Positions 41,800 through 52,095 are shown, counted from the stretch's first letter. The stretch is 64,000 bases of DNA from Phycisphaerae bacterium (GCA_963666835.2 CAXXGO010000001.1:1920001-1984000), one strand, 5' to 3'. Notes: generated by a model not told the origin, from the sequence alone. Numbers and translations are program-made.

Positions 41800-44700
41800 A
41801 TGAGCGCGTTGTTACCCCGGTTAACGAGCAAGTGCTGTACGTGTTGGTGGCCCGTTGCGGCCCTTGTGGCTGTTGCGGGCCTTTCCCTGCCGGCCGTCGG
41901 CGCGGATCGTGTCGTGCTCTGCGAAGAATTCACGGCCACTACGTGAGGGTATTGTTCTACCGCGGGTACCGCGTTAGGCATGATGTTGAACAACTATCCC
42001 GACACGTTCACGGCCGTTCAGATCCACCCCTTCAGCGACGGCTACAACACCGCTTGGAGTGCCGCACGCGGCACGTTCTACGGCGTTGGCGGCACGCCCA
42101 GCGCCCGATTCGACGGCGTGCTTACGTGCCACGGAGCTCAACCGAGTGTGGGCCAACAATACACTTGGTTCCTCGACCAATACAACGCTCGGCAGGCCGT
42201 GCCGACTGACGTGACCATCGAACTCTGCGGCGTCGAGGATAGCGCCCCTACGTTCGACGTCACCGCACGAGTGTGCATCGAGCCCGGTGGAACCGGCAAG
42301 ACCATGCGCATTCACATGGTCCAGGTTCTGGACAACTGGCCCAACCCGCCGACGTATTCGCGGTACACGCAGGTGCTGGCCAACAACGCTCCGGACATCA
42401 CCCTCGGCGCCGGCGAGTGCGCCGAGGTCGAAACGAGTTTTACGTTCGATTCGGCGAGCTGGTCCAACCAGGAAGATATCAAGATTGTCGCCTGGGCGCA
42501 GGATACGCTGTCGTCCGGCCCTTCCGAGGTCTACCAGGCCGCCCAGATGCACTGGCCCTTCGAGGCGTGCGCCCTCGAGCTGGAGTGGGTCGACGTGGGC
42601 GATGCGGGGAACACCGGGGAGCTTTCGGGGGCAGGTGCCGGTGGTGCCGGCCCGGACCGCATCTGCGGCGCGGTTGACTATGAGTACCGCATCGGGATGT
42701 TCGAGGTGACGAACGAGGAGTACCTCGACTTCCTCCAGATGGTCGCCAGCGAGGATACGAACGGCCTCTACAACGCGGGCATGTCCGGCACGGACGGCGG
42801 GATTGTCCAGGAGGGGAGTTCGCCCAACTACACGTACCGGATCAAGGACGACACCTGGCTCCGTAAGCCGGTCAACTATGTCAACTTCTACGACGCTCTT
42901 CGCTTCGCTAACTGGATGCACAACGGGCAGCCGGAGGGGGCGCAGGACGCCTCGACCACCGAGGACGGGGCGTATGACATGTCCCTCGGCGCCGCTGTGG
43001 TTCGCAAGCCTGGCGCTCTGTTCTTCTTAACGAGTGAAGACGAGTGGTACAAAGCGGCTTACTACAAGAGTGGGGGGACCGGTGCGGGGTATTGGGATTA
43101 TCCGACAGCGTGGGACACGGCCCCGACGTGCGAGGTGCCGCCTGGCACCGATGCGGTTAACGGATCGGCCAACTGCGACGATGCCGTCGGGGGTCTCACG
43201 GATGTTGGTGCCTATAACTTCAAGCCTTCCGTCAGTGCGTACGGCACTTTCGACCAGGCGGGCAACGTCTGGGAGTGGACCGAAGAGGACCTTAACGGCG
43301 ATGGTTCGAGGCGCGTGATTCGCGGGGCGTCATTCTACGCCCCGAGCGGCAGCGCCCAGATGCACGCGGCACACCGGGACTCCATCGTTCCCGGCGACTA
43401 CTTTAATATCGGCTTCCGCCTTGCCAGTTTTGCCGACTGTGACGAGAACGGCATTCCGGACCTTTGCGACTTCGACTGCTCCGCGGTTGAAGGTGTGTTC
43501 TGCGATGTTGCCGGTTGTGGGCTTGGAACGGACTGCAACGGTAACGGGTATCTCGATGTGTGCGATATTCTCGAGTGCCCGGAGGCTGATCCGGCCTGTG
43601 CGGACTGCAACGGTAACAGCTTCCCCGACGAGTGCGATCTGGATCCAAGCGATCCGGATGGCAACGGGCAAGTAAGCCCGGACTGCGACTCCAACCTTGT
43701 GCCGGATGAGTGTCAGCCGGACTGCGACGGTGATGACACCCCGGACGTCTGCGAACTCTGCCCGTTCGGGTCGAGTATGGACTGCAATCTGAACGACATC
43801 CCGGACGAGTGCGACATCGCCGACGGGTTCAGCGAAGATTGCCAGGCCAACGGCCGGCCGGACGAGTGCGATGTGTACGCCGGCGCCGGGATGACCGACC
43901 CGGCTTCGTGGAATACGTACGACGCCGGGGCGAATGGCGTTGGCGTCGATCCGGACGGATACCGCGGCGCGATCTACGACGGTACGCGGCATGTGTACTT
44001 CGTGCCGTCCCGCAACGAGGTGGGCCAGCCGCACGCGGAGGTCCTTCGCTACAACACCTCCCTCGGATCGTTCGATAATCCGGCGTCCTGGACCTCGTAC
44101 GAGCCGACGGGCACGATAGGCGATTTTGCCGGGGGCGCCTTCGACGGCCAGTACGTCTACTTCGCTCCGGCAGGGCACGGCTCGTACGCTCAGATCCTGC
44201 GCTACGATACCCAAAGCGCCTTCGACAACCCGGCGGCTTGGGAGACATGCCAACCGGCCGGGACCGACGGCGGTTACAGCGGCGCCGTGTTCGCCGGGGA
44301 CCACGTGTACTTCGTGCCCTACGATACGACAGGCGGCGCGAATAGCACGGTTCTGCGCTTCGACACGCAAACCGGCGGAGGTTTCTGCGATGCCGGATCG
44401 TGGGAGACGTACGACCCCGGCACCGCCGGCATGTACCGCGGCGGTGCTTCCGACGGCCGCTATTTGTATCTCGCCGGGCACGGCGGATCTACGGCGGGAA
44501 CCGTCCACGGCGAAATGCTCCAGTACGACATGCAGGGCGCTTTTGACGATGCCGCATCGTGGGTGACGTTCGACACGGTGGCCGATCCCGACCTGCAGGC
44601 CAAGGGTGGATACACGGGCGTAGTGCAGGCCGGCCGGTTCATCTACTTCATTCCGGACATGGACAACACCGGGGCGTATCACGGACAGGTGCTGCGGTTC

Positions 44701-45756
44701 GATACTGCTGCCGGGCAGTGGTTCGACGATGAGTTCTTCTGGCGGAAGTTCGAGTTCGCGGTCGCTGACGAGTGCGACCCGTGCATGGATTGCAACAACC
44801 CCGTAGGGTACGACGGCGCCGTCTATGATGGCCAGCAGTTCGTCTATTTCGTCCCGCATCATCGTGGCGGAGCTCAACCCCACGGTGAGGTGCTGCGGCT
44901 CGACACGGCCGGGGAGTTCAACGATGCGTCATCGTGGGCAACGTACGACTATGGCATTAGCAGCGAGTGCGCGGCTGATCCGGGTTGCGTTGATCCGGAT
45001 GGTTACTCGGGTGCGGCAACCGACGGGCGTTACGTCTACTTCTCTCCGTTAGAGAACGAGCCCGGGGCGTATCACGGTGAGGTTCTCCGGCTCGATACGA
45101 TGGTGGGATGGTCGAGAGATTGCGACGACGGCGGGATTCCGGACGAGTGCGAAATTGTTGCACCAGCGAGGGTCGTCGATGATGTGGCGAAGAATCGCTA
45201 TCTCTCGTTTGACCCGGAAAACGACGGCTTGTGTACCGGATTCCAGGTGGCGGTGACCTCCAGCGTTTTGTTCCCAACCTGTTCGGGGATCGTGGGCTGG
45301 GTCGGTGAGCCGTTCGAGGCGGAGCCCGGCGTCTGGGTGGCACGCGTAACCGATGAGCCGTACTTCGGTGGCGATTGGCCGGCAGAGGTCCATATTGCCG
45401 ACTGCGAAATAGCACCGGCGACAGCGTACGAGGTTCGGGCCTCGGCGGATGGTATCGGGTTCTCTGCGCCGCTGGCGGTGAGCACGATTGACCTGCCGGC
45501 TCCGAAGTACTGGTGCGATGTCGTTGGCGATTTCATTGAAGGAGCATGGACCGCCCCGCAAGGGACGGTCAACATGAGCGACATCATGGCGGTGTTGCAG
45601 AAGTTTTCTTCAGCGCCGGGCGCTCCGCCACTGCCTTGGATGGATCTGGACCCTGAGGTGCCCAACACGATCGTGAATATGACCGATGTTCAGCGTGCGG
45701 TGGAGTGCTTCAAGGGCGGGTATTATCCGTTCAGCGATCCCTGCGCTTGCCCGTAG
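41800..45756 (+). CDS. Candidate secreted selenoprotein of 1318 aa (Sec at codon 49): Omp28/thioredoxin-like UxxC domain, FGE-sulfatase (SUMF1) domain, Cys/Asp-rich repeats, 7-repeat beta-propeller and C-terminal domain
   Basis: AAGGAGGA RBS before ATG 41800, then a signal peptide ending AVGA and DRVVLCEEFTATT-TGA-GYC. This is in frame with the 1258-aa ORF starting at 41980, which has no RBS or signal peptide of its own. Confidence 0.85.
41953..41980 (+). promoter_or_regulatory. Candidate bacterial SECIS element
   Basis: Hairpin 3' of the UGA: upper stem CGCGG/CCGCG (41961-65/41969-73), G-first loop GUA starting 19 nt after the UGA, and lower stem UCUA/UAGG. Confidence 0.6.
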
Positions 45757-45759
45757 CAG

Positions 45760-46255
45760 GTAGGGCAGGGCGCCGACCTGCCTTTAGCGTTCGGGTTGAT
45801 GTGGATGTCGGGGTCGCATGAAGTCCCGTAGGGCATGGTCGAGGTACGAGACCTGCCACAAACGGTGCGTGTCCTGCAGAGGTTGCGGCAGCAGGCCGTC
45901 GATCTGCCTGTGTGGTTTGGGTTGATATCGACGTCGGGCTCGCATGGAGATTGCGTTGAAGGCGGGTTGATCATCTGGTCTACCGCGATTGATTTCGGAT
46001 TAGGGGGAGGAGTTCTCGGATACCGGGGCTCCTCCCCCGCGTGTTATACCGATCTTGCGGTGCATCCACCGACCGCTGCAGGTAGGGCATGGTCGAGGTA
46101 CGAGACCTGCCACAAGCGGTACGCGCCGGGTGCCATGGTCCACGCTTGCGTGGCCATGAAGACCTGTGGGGTCGTAGGTCGAGGACCAAGGCCTGTCACA
46201 ATAGCGCGTGTTGCGCGTAGATCGCGGCAGGTCTCGTTCCTCGACGCTGCCCTAC
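45760..46255. repeat. GTAG-type REP family A, cluster 2 (45828-45857 +, 46082-46111 +, 46226-46255 -, short variant 45760-45782)
   Basis: Same consensus as cluster 1, located between convergent genes. Confidence 0.85.
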
Positions 46256-46311
46256 GGAGATGGTTCGTCGTGGGCGTCCTCCACGGCTGAGTTCCGGAAG
46301 GGAAGCCGGCT

Positions 46312-47283
46312 CTATTGCCCCGCGGTCGCGTACTGCTGCTCCTTGCGCATGGAATTGAGGATGTCGAGGTTCTTGCGGGCTCCTTCATTGTCCGGCAGGA
46401 TGGCCAAGACCTTCTCCAGTTGTTCGGCCGCCAGATCTATCTCCCCCAGACGCGATAACGCCAGGGCGAGGTGGTTATGCGTCTTCGCCAGTTCGGTGTT
46501 GCCGACCTGCATCCCGCGTATCGTGTCCAAATCGTAGCGGGCGAGGTCCTCGGGACGCAGTTCCTTGCTCAACAACTGTTCAATGGCCGCGACGTGTTCA
46601 GGCTCGTCCTCGAAAATGTCGAGACTTTGCTGCAGAGCCGCGCGATAGGTGAGCGTAAGATCGGTCTCGCTGGCAACGGCCATCTCCAACGCCGCCCGGG
46701 CATCTTCGTACCGTTCATGCTCGAGGTGAAGGAGCCCGATCTTGAAGTATATCTCGCCCCGGCTTACGGTCTCTCCGGCGCTTTGTTGGTAATACGCAAT
46801 CGCCTCGTCGGTATTCCCTTGCCGGGCGGCGGCATCGGCGAGGTTAAGGTAGATGAACTCGCGCTCGCTCCGCTTGGTTTCGCTTTGCAGGATCTCTTTG
46901 AGGATCTGAGTGCCCTTCGCGTCGTTGCCTGACTTGATCCACGCGTGAGCCATATTCATGCGGAGAGCGGTGCGGTCGGGTTCAATCTTCAACGCCTCGC
47001 GGTACAGGGCGATGGCCGTGGCGTATTCACCTTCCTGCAGCATGTCGTCGGCCCGGCTCTTGTAGGACGTGGCCTCGACGTGCCGCCCCGACCGGCCCAG
47101 GTCCTGCAGCCACTTCGGGTTAATGAAGGTGAGCCCGCCGAACACCATGAGAAACAACCAGATGGCGATCAGACCTGCGGTGACGACGGTCTGTCCCCGA
47201 GAGGGGGACGCCGCCGGTGCAACTGGTCGACCCTTTCGCCGAGTCCTGCGCTTAGCAGGTGTTATGAAGAACAAAGAGGACAT
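46312..47283 (-). CDS. Membrane-anchored tetratricopeptide repeat protein
   Basis: N-terminal TM and multiple TPRs (AIALYREALKIEPD; AAEQLEKVLAILPD). Confidence 0.85.
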   Translation of the reverse strand: MSSLFFITPAKRRTRRKGRPVAPAASPSRGQTVVTAGLIAIWLFLMVFGGLTFINPKWLQDLGRSGRHVEATSYKSRADDMLQEGEYATAIALYREALKIEPDRTALRMNMAHAWIKSGNDAKGTQILKEILQSETKRSEREFIYLNLADAAARQGNTDEAIAYYQQSAGETVSRGEIYFKIGLLHLEHERYEDARAALEMAVASETDLTLTYRAALQQSLDIFEDEPEHVAAIEQLLSKELRPEDLARYDLDTIRGMQVGNTELAKTHNHLALALSRLGEIDLAAEQLEKVLAILPDNEGARKNLDILNSMRKEQQYATAGQ

Positions 47284-48508
47284 CCTTTTGCTCGCTCTTG
47301 AGTTTGTTGAACAGCCGGCACGCCTCGGCGTTCTTAAGAATGATCACCTGCGTGCCGTCCTTGGTGTACGGGTTGTACAGGAACTGGCTCACCGTCTGCT
47401 GGGGGAATCCGCCGCCGCCTTCTCCGTGATCGCCGCTCCCGATCAGGATTATGTCAGCCTCTTGCTGGAGAAAGAAAGCGCGCGAGCGCATGAAGAACTT
47501 GCTCTTCTTGGGGGCGGGGCGGAAGGTCCCGTCCGGAAAGATGAGCAGGTCGAAGAAGTACATCGGCACGCCCTTGTAGACCGTCAGGCCTGACCCGGTG
47601 TACACGATGTGCTCCGCGCGGTGCTTGATGAAGAAGTACGATTGAGCGGCGACCGCGCCGATTACGATCGTGGCGATGGCATACCTCGCCGGCCGGAACT
47701 GGCTGAGGTGCAGGACCGCAAAGAACGCCGCGAACCCGCCGAACGTCAGCAACACGACCACGCCCCAGTCCTTGCGTTCGGGCAGCAGCGAAGAGAAGAT
47801 CAGAAGTGACATGGCAAAGGCAGTAATCAGGGTCAAAAGACTCAGCGGATTCTCGAAGTAACCGCGCAGATGGCGACTGCGCAGCCAACCGGCCTGGGTC
47901 AACAGAGTATCCGTGCGGCTCTCCCCGACCATAATCAACACGAGCCCCATCACCGTTCCCCACGTGTCCTTGGCGATGTCGCCCATCTCGAAGCTGCGGT
48001 TACTGATCCACAACTGTACGGTTTCGTCGAAGGCCGAAAACGAAACCGCCAATATAAAAGTCATCAGGGTGAAACGGCCGGCGGATACCCCGCGCGGGTG
48101 CAGGTCCCGGTACATCATAAGCGCGAACGTCGCGTAGGCTAAGTAGTGCCAGTTCTGTTGCAGGTCATAGAAGACGTGCCCGAAGTAATAGTCGGCGATC
48201 TGCTGGGCGAAGGCGTCCATTAGGATGACGAGGACGACCGCCGCGATTCGCATCCGGGTGAGTTGGCGGCGGAATACGATCAGCGCGACGGCGGCCACAA
48301 CGACCGCGGCCACCGGGACAAACGCGATCTCTGTTCCACCGACCGTGAAGCTGAATCGCGAGAGCTTCGCGATAGCCGGCTGGAGAAAATTGCGCAGCAA
48401 AAGAAAGGGCGTTGCCACGAGCAGCATGCTGTATAGCACAACATGCAGACGCGTAGAATGCACCCAATGCGCTGGCGCTGCCACATTGCGCGTACGTCTT
48501 CCGGACAT
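47252..48508 (-). CDS. Membrane protein with VanZ-like region and C-terminal Mth938-like domain
   Basis: VanZ-like pattern HYLAYA...FDETVQ...R.FEMGD, then LLIFPDG...DIILIGSG...AEACRLFN...VLHNTC. Confidence 0.7.
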   Translation of the reverse strand: MSGRRTRNVAAPAHWVHSTRLHVVLYSMLLVATPFLLLRNFLQPAIAKLSRFSFTVGGTEIAFVPVAAVVVAAVALIVFRRQLTRMRIAAVVLVILMDAFAQQIADYYFGHVFYDLQQNWHYLAYATFALMMYRDLHPRGVSAGRFTLMTFILAVSFSAFDETVQLWISNRSFEMGDIAKDTWGTVMGLVLIMVGESRTDTLLTQAGWLRSRHLRGYFENPLSLLTLITAFAMSLLIFSSLLPERKDWGVVVLLTFGGFAAFFAVLHLSQFRPARYAIATIVIGAVAAQSYFFIKHRAEHIVYTGSGLTVYKGVPMYFFDLLIFPDGTFRPAPKKSKFFMRSRAFFLQQEADIILIGSGDHGEGGGGFPQQTVSQFLYNPYTKDGTQVIILKNAEACRLFNKLKSEQKDVLFVLHNTC

Positions 48509-49089
48509 CGTTCTGTCGGGCGGCGCGGAAAGGCTTTACGCCGCTTCGGCGGTTTATCTCATCCGCTGCGGTAATATGAGAAGCAATCTCACGGACATCC
48601 CTCCGCCGACGGAATGCCGACCGCATACATGTTTGGAGGGTTCTTCGAAGCGGTTTTGCGATCTGCACGCTCGCGCCGGAGCGGAAGGCGACAGTCCTGC
48701 GCCTGCTCCTCAAGCGAGCCATTGCCTGCCGCGATCCTCTCCGATCAGGCACCCGCCGGCCGCACGGCTACGAACGCGCCTTGCGACAGGATCCACCTTA
48801 AGCCCATCCGGGCGGAGAATCAAGAAGTTTGTGGCGGCGGCGTTGCAGATGTGCCACGTGCCCGAGCAGTAGTCAGCAGCTACCGCAAAAACGGCTACCA
48901 CGATGAAGTATGGCGGTGAAGCGTCAGTACAAGGATTGGGTTCGCGAGAGCTGAGAGACCGGGTTGCGGTCGAACCGAAGGGGGTGCTCGAACACTATGG
49001 TAAGGTGGCAAGGGGGGAGTCTGTCATCAAATGCCGTGGAGATGGCATGGTAGATTGCTGCGTCGGGGCGGCCGCGGGGGCGATGGTCG

Positions 49090-50259
49090 CTAACCCAGGG
49101 GAAGCTGGAAGTCACCGACGTAACCACGTTGTTGGCAATACGCGAACAGCTCGTCGGTAGTGCGAAAGACCCGCGTGGCGGTCTCGGTGATGAACGGGGA
49201 CGGTTCGCAGTCCGGACGCCAGATTACGAACACCTCCTTGGTGCTCTCAAACGCATGCTGGAGTTCACGTTCCACCCCCGATGACAGCAGTGGACGCCCG
49301 TCCGGCAAGGCGGGGATGTAGCTCACAATCATGTCTGACTGATCGATGAGCTTGAAGTCGCGGGCGTAGATCTGGGCGTCAACGTTCCGCGCGATGCGGG
49401 CGACTTCCCCAACGTTGAAGGTCACCAGGCGCCCGTTGGTCTCAATCTCAACATGATCCTCGCCTTGTTGCGTGGCCTCGCCGGCGCTATGGAGCAGAGC
49501 TTTCTCGTCCAGGTCGGCCGGATCGAAGGTGATGAAGTGCTCGGCCAGCAGATCGCGAAAATGCTCGATCTCGGCCAGCACGGCGGGCATGTCCAGAACG
49601 TGCGTCATCGGGAATGAGGGGTAGACCCGTTTGCGGTCAGCCTCAAACATCAGCCGGTATAACGACTGGGCCGCAAGCTGGGGATTGCCGATCGACATGA
49701 CGAACGCGTGGCCATACCCGGCAACCGCTTCCGCCATGGCCTCGGTTACCACGATTTCTTCTTCCCGCCATACAAGGATGTCCTTGAGCGTGTGCCGCAG
49801 CTCGTGCTCGCGTTCCAGCCGTTCATGGACCGCGTCCACGTTGTCCACGAGAGTTACGTACACGTCAGCATCGAGGGCGACCATCTGGTTGTGGTCGTAC
49901 GCATGGAACAGGCCGTGTTTCCAGCGGAAGGTCGCGTGAGTGTTGACGATCAGATTGACGCCGGTTGCCGCGGTTGCCAGGATGTCCTTGAAGACGCTCT
50001 TCCGCAGAGCGGTCAGACGCTGCTTCGGCAGGTCCAGGATACGCCCCGGGACAACGTCCGGAGCCTCGGCGTACATCCGCTCCCCGACGTTAGCCAGCTC
50101 GACTTTGTGGCCGTTTGCGCGGGCGAGCTGCACGGCTTGTTCAAGAAAGGGCTTTTTGTCCAGACCGACCTGTCCGGTGACGATGACCCGGACTCCGGTG
50201 TGGCGCCGGTGCCTCTGTCGATGGAATAATGAACGCGCGGACGGTCCTTCGTCACTCAT
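49090..50259 (-). CDS. Archaeal adenylate kinase-like / nucleoside 2-deoxyribosyltransferase-like fusion protein
   Basis: N-terminal VIVTGQVGLDK, NVGERM and IVNTHAT. C-terminal VYPSFPM, RDFKLIDQSD and SSGVERELQHA. Confidence 0.65.
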   Translation of the reverse strand: MSDEGPSARSLFHRQRHRRHTGVRVIVTGQVGLDKKPFLEQAVQLARANGHKVELANVGERMYAEAPDVVPGRILDLPKQRLTALRKSVFKDILATAATGVNLIVNTHATFRWKHGLFHAYDHNQMVALDADVYVTLVDNVDAVHERLEREHELRHTLKDILVWREEEIVVTEAMAEAVAGYGHAFVMSIGNPQLAAQSLYRLMFEADRKRVYPSFPMTHVLDMPAVLAEIEHFRDLLAEHFITFDPADLDEKALLHSAGEATQQGEDHVEIETNGRLVTFNVGEVARIARNVDAQIYARDFKLIDQSDMIVSYIPALPDGRPLLSSGVERELQHAFESTKEVFVIWRPDCEPSPFITETATRVFRTTDELFAYCQQRGYVGDFQLPLG

Positions 50260-50281
50260 GGTGCATTTCGCAGAAGCGGAA

Positions 50282-50836
50282 CTAGAAGTCGGCAGGGTCG
50301 CCGAACTCCATTACCCAATAGATCGAGTGCTCGCCGCCGTTGCGGACGGCCACCCCTAGTTCGCGCCACTTGGGATCGAGGATAATCTCCCGGTGGGACG
50401 GGCTGTCCATCCAGACCCTCATGACATCGGCCGCGGTCTCCTGCCCGGCGGCCAGGTTCTCTCCGACGGAGTAGAACGTGTACTTCCCGGCCATCGCCCG
50501 CTCACCCGGACCGTGGCCGGTGACGGGATCCAGATGTCCGAAGAACCCCTCTTCGATCATGATGCAGGCGTAGTCGGACGCGACCTTCTGAAGGGTACTG
50601 CTGAACACGACCGGAGGCAGTTCTTCGCCGGCCCGCTCAAGATTTACCAACTGCAGAACCTGGTCCGATAGACGATCCGCCTCCTCCGGCTCGATGCACT
50701 TGGCGACCTCAGAGGAAAGACCGTTATCATCCGCTTCCGCGGGAAGCTGGTCCCCGGAAAAACATCCGGTAACCATCGCCGGCAGAAACAGGAACGGCAA
50801 CAGAGCTTTCTTGGATCGTCCTCTTCGCACGATCAT
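50282..50836 (-). CDS. CAP (SCP) domain lipoprotein
   Basis: Lipobox VTGC, VNLER, FFGH, GENLAAGQ and WMDSPSHREII. Confidence 0.9.
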   Translation of the reverse strand: MIVRRGRSKKALLPFLFLPAMVTGCFSGDQLPAEADDNGLSSEVAKCIEPEEADRLSDQVLQLVNLERAGEELPPVVFSSTLQKVASDYACIMIEEGFFGHLDPVTGHGPGERAMAGKYTFYSVGENLAAGQETAADVMRVWMDSPSHREIILDPKWRELGVAVRNGGEHSIYWVMEFGDPADF

Positions 50837-51172
50837 CCTCGGCTTCTTGGGGCAGCGCCCACCGCGCCACATCACCCATTCTATCGCGGTGCTTGCGCCC
50901 GAACAACCCGGAAACCGTCGCAAGCAAGTCACGCGGACTGGAATCCTGTGTGGCTGAAATCTCCCGCACGCCGTTGGCCGGGTGTCACGCAACGACGCTG
51001 TTGATATCGTCGAAGTTGCCGGGTCTCCTTAGGCGGTCTTGCGCCCGCCAGCCGCATGGGGCCTTGCACGGCGTGCTTGCAGCAATGTCGCGGTGCGAGT
51101 TTAATGGCCTCGGTCGGGAGACCGGCGACAAGTTGCAGTTCGAACCTCGGGTCTTTTCAAGTAGTGAAGCAG

Positions 51173-52015
51173 ATGAATAACAGACACCTGACCCTAGGGC
51201 ATAGCCCGGATCCGGATGACGCATTCATGTTCTTCGCCCTGGCTCGCGGGCTGATCGACTCCGCAGGGTGGACTTTCGAGCATGTTCTTCAAGACATTCA
51301 GACCTTGAACGAGCGAGCCCTCCGGGGGGAACTGGACATTACGGCCATCAGCATCCACGCGTACCCGCGCGTGGCCGACAAGTACGCCCTGACCAATTGC
51401 GGGTCGAGCATGGGTGACGGATACGGTCCGATGCTGGTGACGCGCGAACCGATGGCAATCGAGGATCTTCGCGGACGGCACATTGCCGTACCGGGCGAGA
51501 TGACCACGGCGTTTTTGGCGTTGAACCTGCTTCTGGGCAAGGGAGAGTTCCGACACACCGTGGTGATGTTCGACGAGATCATCGACTTCGTAGCCGATGG
51601 GAAAGCCGACGCCGGGCTGATCATCCACGAGGGGCAACTTACGTATCAGAATCGGCGTCTGCACAAGGTCGTGGATTTCGGAGAGTGGTGGAAGGGGACG
51701 ACCGGATTGCCCTTGCCGCTGGGCGGCAATTGCATCCGCCGAGACCTCGGGGCCGAGGCGATGACCGAGGTGGCCGGGATTCTCAAACGCAGTATCGAAT
51801 ACAGCCTCACCCATCGGGATGAGGCGGTTGATTACGCTCTGGAATACGCGCGCGATATGGGCAAGGACCTCGCCGATCGGTTCGTGGGCATGTACGTCAA
51901 CGCCTGGACGATCGACTACGGCGACGAAGGGCGGCAGGCGGTGCGCGATCTCTTGCGACGTGGATACGACGCCGGGCTGGTGCCCGCGGTCGGGGATATT
52001 GACTTCGTTGGGTAG
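51173..52015 (+). CDS. mqnD: 1,4-dihydroxy-6-naphthoate synthase (futalosine menaquinone pathway)
   Basis: GHSPDPDDAFMF, GDGYGP, PGEMTTA, LIIHEG, LPLPLGG and YVN. Confidence 0.92.
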   Translation: MNNRHLTLGHSPDPDDAFMFFALARGLIDSAGWTFEHVLQDIQTLNERALRGELDITAISIHAYPRVADKYALTNCGSSMGDGYGPMLVTREPMAIEDLRGRHIAVPGEMTTAFLALNLLLGKGEFRHTVVMFDEIIDFVADGKADAGLIIHEGQLTYQNRRLHKVVDFGEWWKGTTGLPLPLGGNCIRRDLGAEAMTEVAGILKRSIEYSLTHRDEAVDYALEYARDMGKDLADRFVGMYVNAWTIDYGDEGRQAVRDLLRRGYDAGLVPAVGDIDFVG

Positions 52016-52095
52016 GGAAGTGTCGGGGACGGCGCGATTAGGGTTAGAGTAACCGATACGCAAGCCCGCTCCGCCACTTCAAGGAGAAGGAAACC

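Noticed and set aside
41944..41946. Genome-wide TGA reassignment to Trp or Gly
   Set aside because: TGA terminates genes at their natural ends here (PEP-CTERM, cupin, prolyl oligopeptidase, PPIases), and this TGA aligns with Cys rather than Trp.
48509..49089. Short ORFs in the 580-bp gap
   Set aside because: No motifs, RBS or protein-like composition, so the gap was left as intergenic.
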